From Bigelowiella natans CCMP2755 (taxonomy: Eukaryota; Protista; Cercozoa): a stretch of DNA of 43,778 bases. This document shows positions 1-15,280 of this stretch, piece after piece (position 1 is the stretch's first letter; each line of letters begins with the position of its first letter). The notes below the pieces were generated by a model, which had not been told where the DNA came from, did not search any database, and saw nothing but the letters and a program-made list of their open reading frames with translations. Both the position numbers and the translations under genes were made by a program. The stretch is from positions 1 through 43,778 of the forward strand of contig ADNK01002550.1 of NCBI GenBank assembly GCA_000320545.1, written 5' to 3'.

Positions 1-203
1 CCCCCCCCCCCCCCCTCAAGGGCAACGCAAAATGCGGTATGATAGTGTATTTTAAATGCATAGTGAAAATATAATGCGCTTACAAGAGTCTTAGGTTGCA
101 GATATATACTCTATATATCGAACTTTATAAATGGGTATTCGCTCTCTCTCTCTAGTTTTTAATATATGTATATTGATATATCTATCTATCTATCTATATA
201 TAT

Positions 204-240
<37 letters not shown>

Positions 241-1127
241 TCAATAAAAATGAACACAAACAACTTCGCGTACCACAAACTTCGTAGCCTGCGTGTTGCA
301 GACGCAGCGATTCGAATCCGACGTATACATCTTGGGCACATTCTAAATTAGAGGACTCAATCAGCGAAAACACACACACTCACACTCACACTCACACTCA
401 CACTCACTCACGCACACCCACGCGGCATTGGAATATGGACTTTAAAAAACACAAGCAATACACTTATCATATCGATCAAATTCCTCGTTTGCAGGACAAC
501 TAGAGTGCACATGTCCTCACCTTATAGCCTTTCCGACGAATAATTACGGTGTAACAAATATACAATACTATATAACATTATATCGAAGTATATTACCATG
601 ATATGGCCGATTATTGCCACCTTCTGAAAACTAACAGGGCATTGCTCGCGCTTCGGAGTCCACGACGCACGGAAATCATCCTGAGAGAAAAAACCGAATC
701 GCTCGTGATTGACTGCTCCCGCAAGAAGAAGAAGAAGCTGCCCCTCCCACACATTCCGTTTCTACGCTAGAACGCTCGAGGAAAACCGGCAAAAACGACC
801 CGTTTGTCGGCATATTCCCCCGAAAAACACAGCGCATTCTAATATAATAAGCTCTCTACAGTCGCAACGTCCCCCGAATAATTTGCGCGGCTGCAGCGAC
901 GAGGCTACATCGCCGAAAACAAGTGTATTTTTCCGGCGATTAGAAACTCTATCGCGTCGTGGACTACCAGAAGGAGTGCGGCGCATCGGTCGTTGACCCT
1001 TTCACCTGGAAACAACGGCGACTCAATGTCAGATGTACGCGAGGAATTCCACCGCGAGAACTAGCGTTGTTACGAAGATCTGCCTCACCTCCTATATTGT
1101 CACTTCGCAGAGGGCTTGTCTGTTTTA

Positions 1128-1165
<38 letters not shown>

Positions 1166-1909
1166 CTATATTTATATTTATGTACGAGTATATCTCAGGA
1201 TATTGCGCTGACGATGTTACCTACTACCAAACCAAGCTTGACTTCCATATGGCTACTAGGGAGTGGTAGGCGGTGTATTCTCTAGCATACTACTACTCTT
1301 CCGTAACCTTGGAATTGTTTCATAAAACCACTTCTTTGATTAACAGCCGTTTCGCCGTTACCCACTCCCCCCCCCCCCCCCCCCCAACCCGAAGAACTCG
1401 TTGGACCTCATCAGCGACGGTTGGAATAGCCATACATTCTTCCATATATGGTAACTTGATCCTAGATATAAAACACGCATAATATTAAGATTCTGTCCAA
1501 CATCATTGACGGGTCGCTGTGCAGTTTTTCATGCTGAAAGGGTTTGCTCCTTGTCGCAGCTCGCCGCAGCACCAATATAACATGCTGGCAATGAGAAATG
1601 CGACCGTGGGATTCTTTGCTTCGCTAGGTGAGCGCTAATCCAAATGTCATCTGATGAGAGTTGATGATGATGATGGGAAAACGACGATGAGAACGAGCAA
1701 AGGCGGGATCTCATATGTACATCAACTCTGCACTCTCCGATGGAGCAGTGGGTTAGAATGACGGCGTCTGTGGATCGTGTGCGTGCGTGTGCGTGAGTGC
1801 TCTCTGCAGCGGATATGGTATCTGGTAGGTAGGTGTCCTTCGTGTCGCTTTTTGTTTCGGGTGAAAATGCTTACAATTTCATTCGCTAAATGTACAAAAT
1901 GAAGTTATG

Positions 1910-1945
<36 letters not shown>

Positions 1946-3153
1946 CATATTGATATATATTTGGTATGTATATAATAAGCAGCGCTATATATGTGCGTCT
2001 TGCATTATCCCAACCAGTCGTCGAGCACTCTTTGGGTATCCTCCTTAACGCATCTGCATTGAAGAAACTTCGCTTGTAGATCACGGCGCGGAAGGCCTGT
2101 TATTACAGAAGCAACACCGTTTGCATCAAAAGCCATAAACAACAGCAATACGCGAATAATGCCCTCTTTGAACGTACCTCTAAAATATCAACCGCCTCCG
2201 CCTTTCTATTATACGTGGGTCCTATATCAGCTGACCGAACCTAATAACACATTTCGATTCCTTCTCATTCGAGGTGCCATATAACCGACAGAAGATGACT
2301 AAAAACAACTCCGTCCTCGCAAACACGCACAACCACACACACGCGCGCGCGCGTGAATTATCTCTAAAATTAGGATGATACTCGCTTGGAAATACCACAA
2401 ATGAATATGATCTATTACAAAGGTTTCGTGGGTACTATAATGTAAAACACTACCCCGCGCTGTAGCAAGCTTTGGGTACTCATCGATGTTCTTCAGCGGC
2501 AAACGCCATAACACAAACACATAAATCACTTACACTTCCCACACACACTGCACGCACACACTGCACACACACCCCTGGCTCCGCTACATCCCAGTAAGGC
2601 AAGAATCGAAACAGCATCTATATCTTTTTGAGAAAAGCATTCACCTGGCCAGAGAACTGGTAGGCCGCCTCTCCAATCGGGTTTAAACTGTGGTACATTA
2701 ACGCCTACAAACACATAACAAAAACATACGCACACACACACACACGCATACACGCACACCGTATATGAATATCCTCACGCGCGCGCTCATTGTTACACGG
2801 AGGATATACACATCTGGACATAGCAGGGCCAGACGCTAAAAAGACGCCGCAAACCTCCAAAAAAACGCGTCGCTTGTTTACAGACGAAGAAAGAAACCAA
2901 ATAAAACTACCTCGAATGTCCTCCGCTCATAAGACATATCATCATCAACCGTGATGATGCGTGTAGAAGGCTCTTTCTCGAGCTGAGGGGGGGGTTTAGT
3001 CGGGCAGAGGTCATATCATCACGTCGCTTCTTGCCGCAGTACAACGCCAAAGACGCACTAAAAGGAGCTGATTGCTCAAACGAGAGGTACTACTTACATC
3101 AAGTGTCGGAATTAACTTGGTTGCAGGGCCATAATCCTTACACCTGTAGTATA

Positions 3154-3198
<45 letters not shown>

Positions 3199-3478
3199 GC
3201 CTCTCGCTAATTGCTAGCGCCATATGAACCAACCCCCCCCCCACCGTGAGAATCGCTGCGTTGGATACGAGCATCATCGAAAGCAGAACACTGCGCACGC
3301 TGCCGCTCCAGCGAAACTCACCAATTGACCGTGACGACGTTGGATTCTTTGATGAAGTCTGGCAGAATGTATTCCTCCTTGAAGCGTTTCGACCTAGTCA
3401 TAATCCCAACGAGAACCAGGCAGCATTTCGATGAGTGAATGCACAAAGCGAGCATCTCTCTCTCTCGCACACATGCAG

Positions 3479-3511
<33 letters not shown>

Positions 3512-4322
3512 CGTTTAATAATTATCACGTAAATACTAAGAACTAGCTCTTTTTCGGAATGCGCGTACACGGAGGGGCTACCAATGCGGGATGTTCAGAT
3601 ATATCTTTGCCGGCTTTAACGTCTGGTTTGCCAGCGAGGTGATGACCTTCTCAAGGTACTGCAACCTGGCGATAGAGAGGGTGGGTTTCGTTATGGCATG
3701 CAGCATGCTGCTCACGAGCATGCCTTTGTGTACAGCGTGCAATTCATTCGAATACGAGTTGGTGCGTGGAGACGTCAGCTGTATACGGCGGTAAAGAGGA
3801 TGCGACTAGCATTGCCGTTGATTGCGTATTGGGACATTGTAGCAAGGTCTATATCACCGTTTTGGAGTGGTCGTCAAAGAGACGACGAGTCTAGTCGCTC
3901 TAATATCCTCCTGAATTGCATTCAATCCATGGTAGCAAATCTCAGTAACACTGTACTCGTGTGTGTACACAAAATCTTCATTACGAAGTGCCGCAATCAC
4001 TCTCTCTCCCCCCCCCCCGCCCCCCTTCCCAACCCCCTTTCTCTCTTTCTCTATCATTACCACGTAAACACGCAATACTAGCACAATCTAAGTAGCGCGA
4101 GAATGCCCTACCAGTGGTGGGAGAGCGTTTCCAATCGAGTTGTACAAAGATACTAGAAATTTCTGAGCAGGATATGCAATTTTGAAGATCATGCCAGAGT
4201 TTGAACGCGGCAGGTGGATTGATGCTCCCCCCCCTCCCCCCCTCCAAACGTAAAATTAATGCGCTCGCTATTAGCTCTTCACTACCAATCGCAAGAAAAT
4301 ACATATAGTATTCATATAAAAA

Positions 4323-4359
<37 letters not shown>

Positions 4360-4877
4360 TAGTATACATATATAAAGTATATACACACGTAAAATACAAT
4401 TGTTATAAGTGAATTCATTATATGTTCTCATTTTTTGCGGTCAGGCCTTCGTTCCGCGCACGCGCGCAAGCCAAAAAGAGGCAAAAAACAATGATTGCCT
4501 GGCATGGGTTTGCAGATCTCGAGACTTCCTTTGACTGCTTCTCAAAGCTGTGTACCCTAGCCATTCAGATCTATCATCAGATGACGCAATGGAGAAATAA
4601 CCGTCGAGGATAGTACCCCTCTGCTATTAAAATCGCCCTCCCCCCTCCCCCCTCCACACACCTCATTCCAGCGAAGTGAAGGACCGACGGCTCAACCCCG
4701 TTTCTATCACGATTACACCGCAATCGTTATTCTTGGTTTAGACGCAATAAACAGCAGAAAGACGCCTTATCATGCTACTCTTCGGAACTCATTTCATGGG
4801 AAGTAGATAGTCCGACAACCAAACGAAGAGTGAGACCCACGTCAATAGAGTTGGCGCAAGAATTGCAAAAGACTTCA

Positions 4878-4915
<38 letters not shown>

Positions 4916-5094
4916 TATAGGGGAAAAATAAGCAGGGTTAATCTTAAGGGTACAGCTGGAAAAGTTGCGGCAATACGACACGTACCTTGTGACTATTCGT
5001 TTGATGTTGGACTCCGTGTGCACGCGGAACACGTCCGAAAACTTATCAAACCTTTCAGGAAGCAAGGGGAGAGGAAAGAAAAAAAGAGACAGAC

Positions 5095-5136
<42 letters not shown>

Positions 5137-6518
5137 AACGCGAGAGAAAGAGGCAAATGGGAAAGAAAAGAAAAATAAAACGAATAAGTGAAAAAATACA
5201 CCAAGATACAGCAAGGATGTAGGCGGAGAGACACAAAGGCATTTCAGGATTCAATAGTTATCAAGCACTGACCATGGAGGGAGCACACCGAATATCTTCA
5301 TATCGTAATCCAAAGTCAGCACGTCTGGAGACGTCGAGCCGATAAGCGAACAATGCACAAGATCGATGGAATCAAAGAATACAAACCAAAAAAAACCGCA
5401 GATGTGTTTAAATTCTAATGTTGATATAAATGATATGATATGATATATATATATATATATATATACTAAGAAGCACACAAAACCGTCATTTTACCCGGCT
5501 GCGACAACCAAGTGTGCGCCAGTGCTGTTTGATCGTCAACCTGTCAAATCGGCAGATCCACAAAACGTTTGAAGAGTAGAGAAAGCTTCAATAAAAAATA
5601 CGTGCTTTCTTCCTCATTGAAATCACACGCCCAACCTTGTAATTCTGCATGTATCTATACGTGTCATCATAAAGCCGCCTCAGTGCCCCAGCCTTCCCTG
5701 TGAAATATATAGTCCTCATTCCCCAAACAATACATTTATATATACACATATGTGTGTGTGTGTGTGTGTCTATATTCTCCAAACAATCTAATTCACCATC
5801 ACTACAACCCCACCGCTCTTACTAACAAAGAAATGGGAACGTCAATCTCTCTAATATGCAAACCGCAACTGCCAAAAGCAAAAGACACCGCATGGCATTA
5901 GAAATCGATTAGAAATCGCCAAGCCGATGACACTTCCACCGCCGCTGCCAACATCGCCCACAACAGCAGCAAGTAGCAAGAACAGCAAAACGCCAAACCG
6001 ATTGCATTCCCCGCATTCAAAAACCGCACTGCCGCCTGTGGGGGGCTGCGAGAACAGAGGGAAACTGTCAGCCTCAAGAACCAAAAAAACGGTGCGCAAT
6101 CCGAGAAAAGGCGTTCAGTTATACCAGGCTATAGGTTAGAAGTATGCATGATGCTGCGGATATGCTTTGTACGAAATTAGGGAGAGAACATAGTGCCCCT
6201 ACAAACGCGTGTTGTTTCCTCGAGCTAACGACGAATCTCTCACCTTTTTGACAGCATGAACCGCCTGATTGCCTCCCCCTGCGTGCACGATGCGGTGTCG
6301 CAAAGTGCCTCAGCACCTGGTGAGCAGGAGGGTGAGACGGGCATGGGATTTCGCGAGATGGAGAAAAATTGCAAAACGCGTGAGCGTTGGCGCTATCGGT
6401 GTGGTTTCAAAACAACGTGCAATTGGCTAGTGCGATGAGTAACCGTAGATGATATCTCCTTTGAGCGAGTTGTACGAGTCTAGTATCCGCTCAGGGGTAG
6501 CGGTTACGAGTACCTGTC

Positions 6519-6557
<39 letters not shown>

Positions 6558-6791
6558 TGCATTTGTGCGTATAATGCGTGTGCAGGACGGGTGAAATACT
6601 GTCTCGATTATAGAAACACAGCATATGAATCATGCACAATCTTGGTTATGATGTCGGATTCAGGTGTTCTTACGTCCAAGCAGTCCAAAACCATCACAAT
6701 CGCATTGCTGGGAAGCTTTTCTACTCGGGGCGAGAGACGCAAAAGGCACACACACATAAACACACACACACACAGACAAAAGAGAGAGAAA

Positions 6792-6828
<37 letters not shown>

Positions 6829-7065
6829 GCAGGGAAAGAGAGAGAGAGTAAACAAAAAATACATTAACTGAATCGCATATTCGCTAACCAAATAGGAAAG
6901 GGAAAGAGCAGTTTGCTAGAACGCTATGCGGAGAGGAAAAAAAGGGTGCTTATCGACAACGATAGCGCGACTGCCTCGCCTCGCATACGCTGCCGGGTCT
7001 CACAACGACCGACCTATTGCTATGCGAAGTTGTTGTAGACGTTCCAGCCAGAACTCATCTTCCTG

Positions 7066-7105
<40 letters not shown>

Positions 7106-8110
7106 ATAACGCATTGACACATATAGAAATACCTTTACTCTCTCTCTCTCTCTCTCTCTCTCTCGCCAACCCCTCCCCCCCCCCCCCCGCGTCCGTGTGT
7201 GTTTTCACACAATATAGGCCGCGTCACCCCCACTGCGGATCTACTAAATGCATGGAGGTATGGTTTTTGCAATGCGTTGGAAAACCAACCGTTTTGCGCT
7301 TCGTGATGTCATCGTCAAACACCACTTGAATCAAGTTTTGATGGCCTTAAGATATGCAGCATCATCCAACATTAGAGACGATCTAGACATTTTGCTATAA
7401 TCTGTTGGAGTATATGATACTCTGCGTCGCTAGTTTTAATTTCTCTGGTGTAAGGGGAATTTGCCTCAAAAAGCGACAAAGAAACGAGGAAATCGATATC
7501 TATCCGTAATACGTATTGTATGCTTGTCTCTCTCTCTCCCTCTCTCTCTCTGCGTGTGTGTGTGTGTGTGTGTTTGCGCTAGCGTGCGTTGGGTTCTACC
7601 GTGTTTGCGCAAGTTGTATAAGAAATTATTGTACAGCCTCGTATCTTCCAAATTGCTGGCAGACAATACATGCACACAAAGCACACACACACACACACAC
7701 ACACACAAACATATAAATTTATACGCACACATAGATACTTCCACTGTGTAATCTCATCGCGAGTGAAAAGGGAGGCATTGAATAGGGAAACGACTCTGAG
7801 AACCGACTGAAGAATCAAAGGTGGTAGGAGCTGGCAATGACCTCGTAACAGACGTCAGAACGTGAAGATTTGAGCTGCTATTAGCCTTAAATGGTGCTGC
7901 ATATTACATACAAAAACACATTTTTTAATAACGATGCTGCTGCTGATGATGATGATAGCAGTGGAAATCAGGATAAAGCCCTCGGTGGTGTTTTGGCAAT
8001 TTAAGGTTGCTGACGTGGGAAATGTGAAGATTCAAAAGGGGTAGTGCTCCTACCATCTTCTGGCCTCCAGCAAAACCTCGAGCCTATGTAAATACACATA
8101 TAATATTATC

Positions 8111-8154
<44 letters not shown>

Positions 8155-9427
8155 TTCTATAATATACTCACTGAAAGGCAGTACTGATCATTTTTTTATT
8201 TAATATCACAAGAAAAGCGTGCTGGCGAATACATCTCTCCATTTTCATACACATGCGCCCATTTACGCAACTGCGTGAATCAAACTGCCCATCACGCTGA
8301 TATCCAAATCGAATGCTAGATCGTACCAGGAGGATTTAGTGTGTAAAAGTGATCTCCGACTTTCCCGTTTTCCTATGGATTGCAGACAACAAGAGATATC
8401 ACTTCTGTGGGCACGTGCGAAAAGGCTAAAGCGCAACGCCCAAAGCAAACGAGAGATTGCTTCTTCCTTCTTTTCAATTTCAAGTTCCAATTTTCTCGAA
8501 ATTTCATCGAATGGCACGGCGAAGCATCGATGATATGCGTGACTTGACTCTTTGCTTTTGGTGGAAGAGTCCAATGGTTTGGTTTATATCTTAGTTAACG
8601 AAGCAAAAAAGGCATAAAACTCGCACGCGAATGGCATGTATCGCTTACGTCCTCAACGATAAGCGTTTCGAGGCCAAGAACGGAGGCAGCACTGTTTTCC
8701 TTTGAGCTAGCACTTCGTCTTGTCCTGCAAAGAAGTGCAGGGGTTAAGATGTCTGCCGCCGATAATTGAAGATACGCAGAGGTGCTGTGTTAAATTGTTT
8801 ACTTTTAATTCTTAAGTAATCTTCTCTCGACTGTGTTTTGATGTGGCGATTCGAGTATCTTTAATTTGACTTACAAGGACGTAAGGAGTAGTAACGCTGC
8901 CAATAAAACTGAAACAGGGAGGCCTACCAAAATATATATATATATATATCACAACATTTATTTATATGCTATATATGTATATAATATAGATATATTATAT
9001 ATTATATTATATTATATATGTTATACTTATTGCAAATCCCGTAATACAATATTTTTAAGGCTCATCGAAGCACCCTCAAATAAGCATGCACGTCGATAAT
9101 TAAACGAATCTTGTCGCTATATACGCATAGCTGGGAGATCTGTGAAACTCGGCTATTTGCTTAGTAATTGCGGGTAGATAGCGACCTCTTAACCCAAGAA
9201 AACTGTACACCCATTTCCTCGATTCCCTGTGTTACAGAGGGAAACATATCATACACGTTAGCACGGGTGTGGAAGAAAAGAAAGGAAGGGGGGGGGGGGT
9301 GGAGGAGTCTGTCTTCCCCGTCCGTCTCTTTTGCTTCTCCTGTTAATTCTCGCGTTGTTTGCGTTGTTTGCACTCGACTCGACGATAAAATTGGCGCATT
9401 TTTTTTGCATTTTGAGTAAACGATATG

Positions 9428-9478
<51 letters not shown>

Positions 9479-11646
9479 CATGTATGTGCACATTCAATCA
9501 CATATTACGTGTGTGTCTTTATGTGTCTACTAGTTTTTTATTATGCTATAGGAAATGCACACGCACATTGTGTTGTGTTTATTTCCATTTTTCTTCGGGA
9601 ACCAAAACCTGAGCAACCATGGCAAGGAATCATTGACACATGACAAAAAGTACAGCTTGGCATCATGAGACTGCATTCTGGAAGTTATCGGTAGTTCGCC
9701 ACGAAACAACGATCGCGGCTCGCAAGCTAAAACCAAACGCTCTATGCAGGCAAGGAATTCAACCACATACGCTCGAAGACAATCGGAATACAGTAGAGTT
9801 TGTCTGGTTACGTGTTTTTACAATTGGAGGTTTTTCATTCGATGATTTATCTTTATTCGAATTTGTTTAAATTTTACTGCTACGCTCCCTACTTGCGGAG
9901 TCTTATTTGAATCCCCTGTTACGAAGGCAAACCGTACACGACGAACATATATAATGTCATCAGTCGAATAAAACACTGCAGTGTGTTGATGTATGAAAGG
10001 AAGGGAAAAAAACTACTAGTCTTAGCTCGAGAGAATCACACTCGCATTCCCTCCCTCCCTCCCCTTGAAACGTTATTTAGCTCATGAAACATTGCCAGAC
10101 CGAAATATTAACGCTAACCCTCCGACGCATTCCCTCCATTGGTCAAGGGCCAGAGAAGAGTCTTCAGTCCCTGCTCTCAACTGCTTTCCAGCCGTTCTGG
10201 GGGCGGTTCAAGCGCGCGGAAAGACATTGGAATGTCAGGAGCATCTCTGTTGGATGTGTTGCGACGGTGTGATGTATGACGTCAAAAAAAATCGGTAATA
10301 TATCCGAATAAAACTTTTCCAAAATATCAAATGCAAGCCCAGGCTCTTTCTAAACCATCCGAAATATTACCAATTGTCGCAGGGCACTATTTCAGAACTT
10401 AATGTTGATAACACCAACTAAATTATAAAATACATGCGATTTATTACAAACGTCATAATTAATTTTTGAATAATTCAAAAATTCTCTACGTCGCCCTCGG
10501 TAACCGCTCCCTCCCCTTGAATTCGAGGGCTTTGAGGGAGGGGCGCCTCTAGACATGAAAGTACGACTCTCGAGAAGCAGTTCTCTCGGTGCTCTGCAGA
10601 TATCATCCCTGGCGTATCATATCCGCTCGCTTTGGTTCATCGGGGACACAGAACTTCGAAGAAGAGGCTGGGGAAATGAACTATTTAATAGGGTAGGACG
10701 CTAACTATTTCGGATGATTCCTCTCGCCTAGGTGATCGGAGCTGATACTCGAAAACCTTGCATCTTGGTTCGTTGTTCGAATGCACTGCGCCTTGGCGTG
10801 TGTAGGTTCATAGTGGCGTTATGCCTGACCTGCCTTCTTGCTGCTGTGCTTCTGCTGGTAACAATCACGAAGATATGTAGACTTAACGTAAAATTTAGAC
10901 AATGTTTAAACTTGTGTCGAATTTACAGAATATTTGAACCTCAGCTCTCTTGCTCTCACCTCTCATACCGACGATATCATTATAAAATGCAAAAGGTCCT
11001 TGCAAGAAATCTTATCCGCCACATCGATGAGGAGGAGGTCTTGCATTCTAAGAAAAAACTACTGTAATAGAGTACGGCGACAACTCTGTAAACTTTGTGG
11101 ATATTTGCCAATTCAACTCTCTCCCACACAGTGGTCTAAATGTTTGTGTTTGTGTTGATGTTACAATATGTTTCAGGAAAGAGGAGTTGCAGATATAGAG
11201 AACATGCTCCCTAGTTTGAATGCGGGTGAGGATTGCTACGGCAGTAAGCTTAGTGCGGGGTTGGCGTAAGGGTAGAAATTTATCAGAAACACAGTATTTC
11301 TTTTGGGATTTTTAACTATGTCATATTCTTATATATAGTTAAGGCGAGTGTGCTAATGTATGCGTAGAGTCGAACGCCTTTTCATCAGGAGCTTCAACTA
11401 TTTCGGCCCTTCAACCTCTGCGACCGAGCTTCACCAAACGTACATACGATAATATAGAAGCGCGAATGCGTGTCTGAGTTGGATCGTTTGCGTGTTTTCC
11501 GTAATATATGCCGCGAAAGCAAAAAAGGATATGTACCTGAATCTCGTTTTCGATTTCTTCGTGAAAATACTCGTTTTTCTCAGGAGCCAGCAACGACTCG
11601 CGACGTCATTCCGCGACGTAATATATACATATTTATATATATAAAT

Positions 11647-11691
<45 letters not shown>

Positions 11692-13627
11692 TCCCTTTTG
11701 CCGTTATAATAACAACATTGACATTATTTTTGCAATTAGTGGAAGCAGTATTAGGTTACAGAGCTTGGCTCAAAGCCGACGTTGGGGAGGAGGTCAGTCA
11801 TCACCATCCGCACGGCATGCGTAACACACTAGCAAACCTACCCAACAAATCAACATACAAGAGGATACTGACGAGCCCCGCCCCCCATCTCGTTGGCATT
11901 GAATATTTGCCATTCCAAAACACGATAATATTCAGCTTACAGCTCCGAGGGTGGACTTAAACTACTGCTTAGCACCTAATGCCGATAACTCGCATATTCA
12001 TAATGGCTCTTAAGGTTGATGACGCCATTCCTTCCACACAGATCGCAATGCTTTCCATCCATCCTCGATTTCAACGAAATTTCAAGATCTGAACAACAGG
12101 CAAGTGTAATATCCCTACAAAAATCGTCCTTATGACTCTCTACTCGATAACCGGAATTATTCCAACACAATGCTTAATGATGTTTGTCAATTTCTCTCAG
12201 CTCGCAGAGACTTAATTGGACTCTTCCGGCGGGTAGTCTGGGCATAGAGTAGTTCGCCGTCTAATCTTGAGTCTCCAGATTAGAGTTGTATCACAGCGCG
12301 AAGATTACTCAACCTATACTATGTTTGGTTTGTATTGAAGGCACTCCTCTCGCCGACGGCTTGATCCGGTAGATTATTACCAAAGCAACTACATCGCATA
12401 TTATAGTGAGCGCCTCGTAAGGGCATTTAGTTTTGGATGTTTACGCAGTCCTCCAACAACAGCAGCATGAAATAACATCGCTCGATGGAAGAATACGCGC
12501 TCGTATATTGTATTAAATGGCCGCGTAAACTCGTTAGAATGCGCCGGGAACCGCCTGACAAATGGCAGGACGTTTTCGCGAAAATGACTTTAAATCTCTT
12601 TCAGCTTCCATCGTCGGTAAATGCTGCTTTTGAAGTAAAAACCTCTCCTCGCCTTCACCGTCTAGCTGAGTTCAGCGATTTAATCTGATTAATCCGTTTA
12701 TCGTGCAGCAATTGGCGTTAATAGATTCGTCTTGGAAGCATAGGTGGCTCCACGTATAATCACGACAACACGCTCCCCAAATCGGCATATCCTATTCCTG
12801 ACCTTGGATGCTGCTTAAAATGGTTTTGGTTGCCCGTTCCTGCATGCGGGCAACTTCGATTTTCGTTCAATCTTAGATTCATAGCGGCGGCAATGGATAT
12901 GGTGGATCGAGTGGAGGACTTCGATTTATATGATAGATGGGGTTGTGCCTCCCACAATGCCCTCCCCTGAATTCGCTATTTTCGGGTTTCATTAGATCAG
13001 TTTCCATGATTTTAAATTTTTTCTGCCTTAATACTGAAAGACAATGAATATGGTCAATCCTGGCATTTTTGCGCTGTTTAGGGAGTATATCGTCTTTGCG
13101 GATGGAAGTGATACGGTTTGCCATAAACATTCTAAGTGCTATTGACAGGTGTCATACCACCCACAATCACATTTTTGCATGGACCGATAAATTCGTGTGA
13201 AGAAATGACAACTCTCGCCGACATAATGCATAGAATACCGTGAATCTGCTGCGTGTTTTTGCGAGAGAGCAGTGGTTAGATGCAGATAGGAAAATCGTGT
13301 TTTTCGTTTCAGATTGCGCGTGGCCAAGAATGACATCGGCCTGCTGTACGACGGTGCGGGGAAAAGATCGCTATCAGCATGGGGTAAGCTTGGGTTGATG
13401 TTAGGAGATAAACACCGTGATTTCCGTCAAGCTAATTCTGGCTTTATCAACAACAATGCAACTGCGCCTACACCTTGGGACTATTGCAAGACCTCAGCAG
13501 CTTTGTCACTACTTCTCAGGGGTTTTTCGCAAGACGCTCGATTACGACTTTAACGTCATTCGAGGAAGCATTGTGGCATTGAAGCGAGTAGCTATATTGA
13601 TACTAAATGATGTTCGGGCAAACGTAA

Positions 13628-13666
<39 letters not shown>

Positions 13667-15245
13667 GTGTGTGTGTATGTATATTTCCACGAGGATGTTA
13701 TAAATATGAACGCTTTTGTTTGGTTGTACTTAGGCATGTCACTTAGCTTCTCTGGAAGAAACCGACCGTGTACTCGGTCTATATCTTTATACAATCATTC
13801 ACGGCGTCAAGTCGAAAACCGAAGAAAAAAAAGGTTTTTTCTGCGCTAAGTTTCGTCCAATAGTTTTCCTGGAATTTTGTAGAGCTGCATGTGTGTAAAT
13901 GCAAGTTGCCATAAGTCCATTGCCTTCGCGCATTACCTCGATACGAATGTTATATGCTCCTCGTGTTTAGAGCTATCAGAAACATATGTTTCATTCATGG
14001 AAATGACTCTTTCCGAGACGCTCAATGTGGTGCTGCGACCCGTTCGCCAGACAGATCTCTTCGATCTGCACGTGAACGTAAGTTTTTTAAATCAAGTATT
14101 GTTGCTGTTGTAGTAGATAAAACCATTCACAAAGCGGCAATAACTATGGGATTGGCACTCGTCATTATATTGCCATGTATGCTTTCTCCCTATTGTACTT
14201 ATCGGATATAAGACGAGTTTTTAATGAGCATTCTTTAGCAAACGATAAACAGATTCGTAAAGTGTCGCATCCATTAACATAATTTCTTTGTTTTTTAAAC
14301 AAAGAATGGCGATTTTTCGGACTATCACATATTTGCGTGCGTTGACGATTTAATGAAGACTACCGCGGTAGCTGACATTTTGCGTCGATTGTCTCCATCT
14401 GAGAACGGTGAATGCAAGCATAGCAGCACCGACACTCAGCATTATACTGGTTTTCGATATATGAATCATAAATCAAGAGATCTGCTCGAGCGAATACAAT
14501 CGTATCAAATTGTATTTAGCCGCATAAAGGACTTCATAGATAAAGGTAGTGCGCCGCGTACCCTATTTGTATTTGTGGTTGAATATACAATATATATATA
14601 TATATATATTTGTGTTAAATATTCCATTCGTTTGCGTAGGAAAGGAAATCGAATCAAACACAATAACGGAGCGTCGTCAGAAGTTATCAGGCTGCCTCTC
14701 TCCTGAAGGACCAATGCCCCGTCTGGTGCATGGAGTCCGAATTTCTCGGAACCACCAGCATGATCGATCAATGAACGATGAGAAACTACATCACGAGACC
14801 GCTTTCAATGCTGCGGTGCGGGGTGCCGTAGAGGCTTTGACCTTGCTATTTCCAAAGTGAGATCGATTTGGAAGTTGGAGAAGGCATGTAGTAGGGCTTA
14901 TCTGCCTTTGTTTAGAATGGCTGATTAGGCAATGCAATTTATCACTTAGCCTGTATATTTATGTTGCGTGGATAATTCCTTGGTGCCATGGTGTGTAGAG
15001 AAAATGAGGCCAGAATAGCAGCGAGCCTATACCGCGCTATGCATCGGATAAAAAGGACATCCTCGCTCACCTGCCTTCTTCGCTTGTCGGAAAAACTACA
15101 GGTCGGACGGAATGGCCAATCTGACATTCCGACTAATTTTATTGCCACAATTCTACACGCTTTAAGTTTAATGCAGATAATTTTTCCTTCAACTAGCTTC
15201 TGACTAGAAAATAGTCAGATAGATGTATATTTGCTACATATATAT

Positions 15246-15276
<31 letters not shown>

Positions 15277-15280
15277 CAAA
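1..15280. repeat. Left microsatellite-rich zone: many intronic (TA)n, (CA/TG)n, (GA/TC)n and poly-C/G tracts
   Basis: Examples: (TA)n at ~210, 1130, 1912, 3165, 4330, 4880, 5443, 8118, 9433, 11650, 13630, 14590, 15253; (GA)n 5100, 6795; (CA/TG)n 3480, 6522, 7069, 7683. Confidence 0.95.
84..7886 (-). CDS. Multi-exon bifunctional glycosyltransferase: N-terminal PLOD(LH3)-type GT domain plus C-terminal GT-A domain; 3' end probably beyond the left edge, 5' end unresolved (further candidate exons to ~10.2 kb)
   Basis: Exons stitched at GT/AG sites on the minus strand. Domain 1: EKLPSNAIVMVLDCLD (~6720-6674), VLVTATPERILDSYNSLKGDIIYG (~6513-6444), PPQAAVRFLNAGNAIG (~6047-5999), KAGALRRLYDDTYRYMQNYK (~5697-5636), VDDQTALAHTWLSQP (~5540-5496), DVLTLDYDMKIFG; these match the DxxD, RFLNxG..G.A and DDQ motifs of PLOD GT domains. 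Domain 2: EDIRATRLVVSLTTTPKR (3910-3858), LQYLEKVITSLANQTLKPAKIYLNIPHW (3665-3582), SKRFKEEYILPDFIKESNVVTVNW (3393-3322), CKDYGPATKLIPTLD (3143-3098), LEKEPSTRIITVDDDMSYERRTFE (2982-2911), ALMYHSLNPIGEAAYQFSGQ (2704-2645), AVDILE-AFRAVIYKRSFF...ECSTT-DDIWISAHL. Phases are consistent across these junctions; exons at ~2250-2500 and ~1000-1400 are unresolved. Confidence 0.85.

Noticed and set aside
84-7886. Endogenous giant-virus insertion suggested by the GT and ankyrin gene content
   Set aside because: The genes are intron-dense with host-style introns and no viral hallmark genes are visible.
10507-10543. Imperfect palindrome around gaattc in the putative divergent promoter
   Set aside because: Low-complexity C/T and G/A arms with mismatches; not distinguishable from chance.
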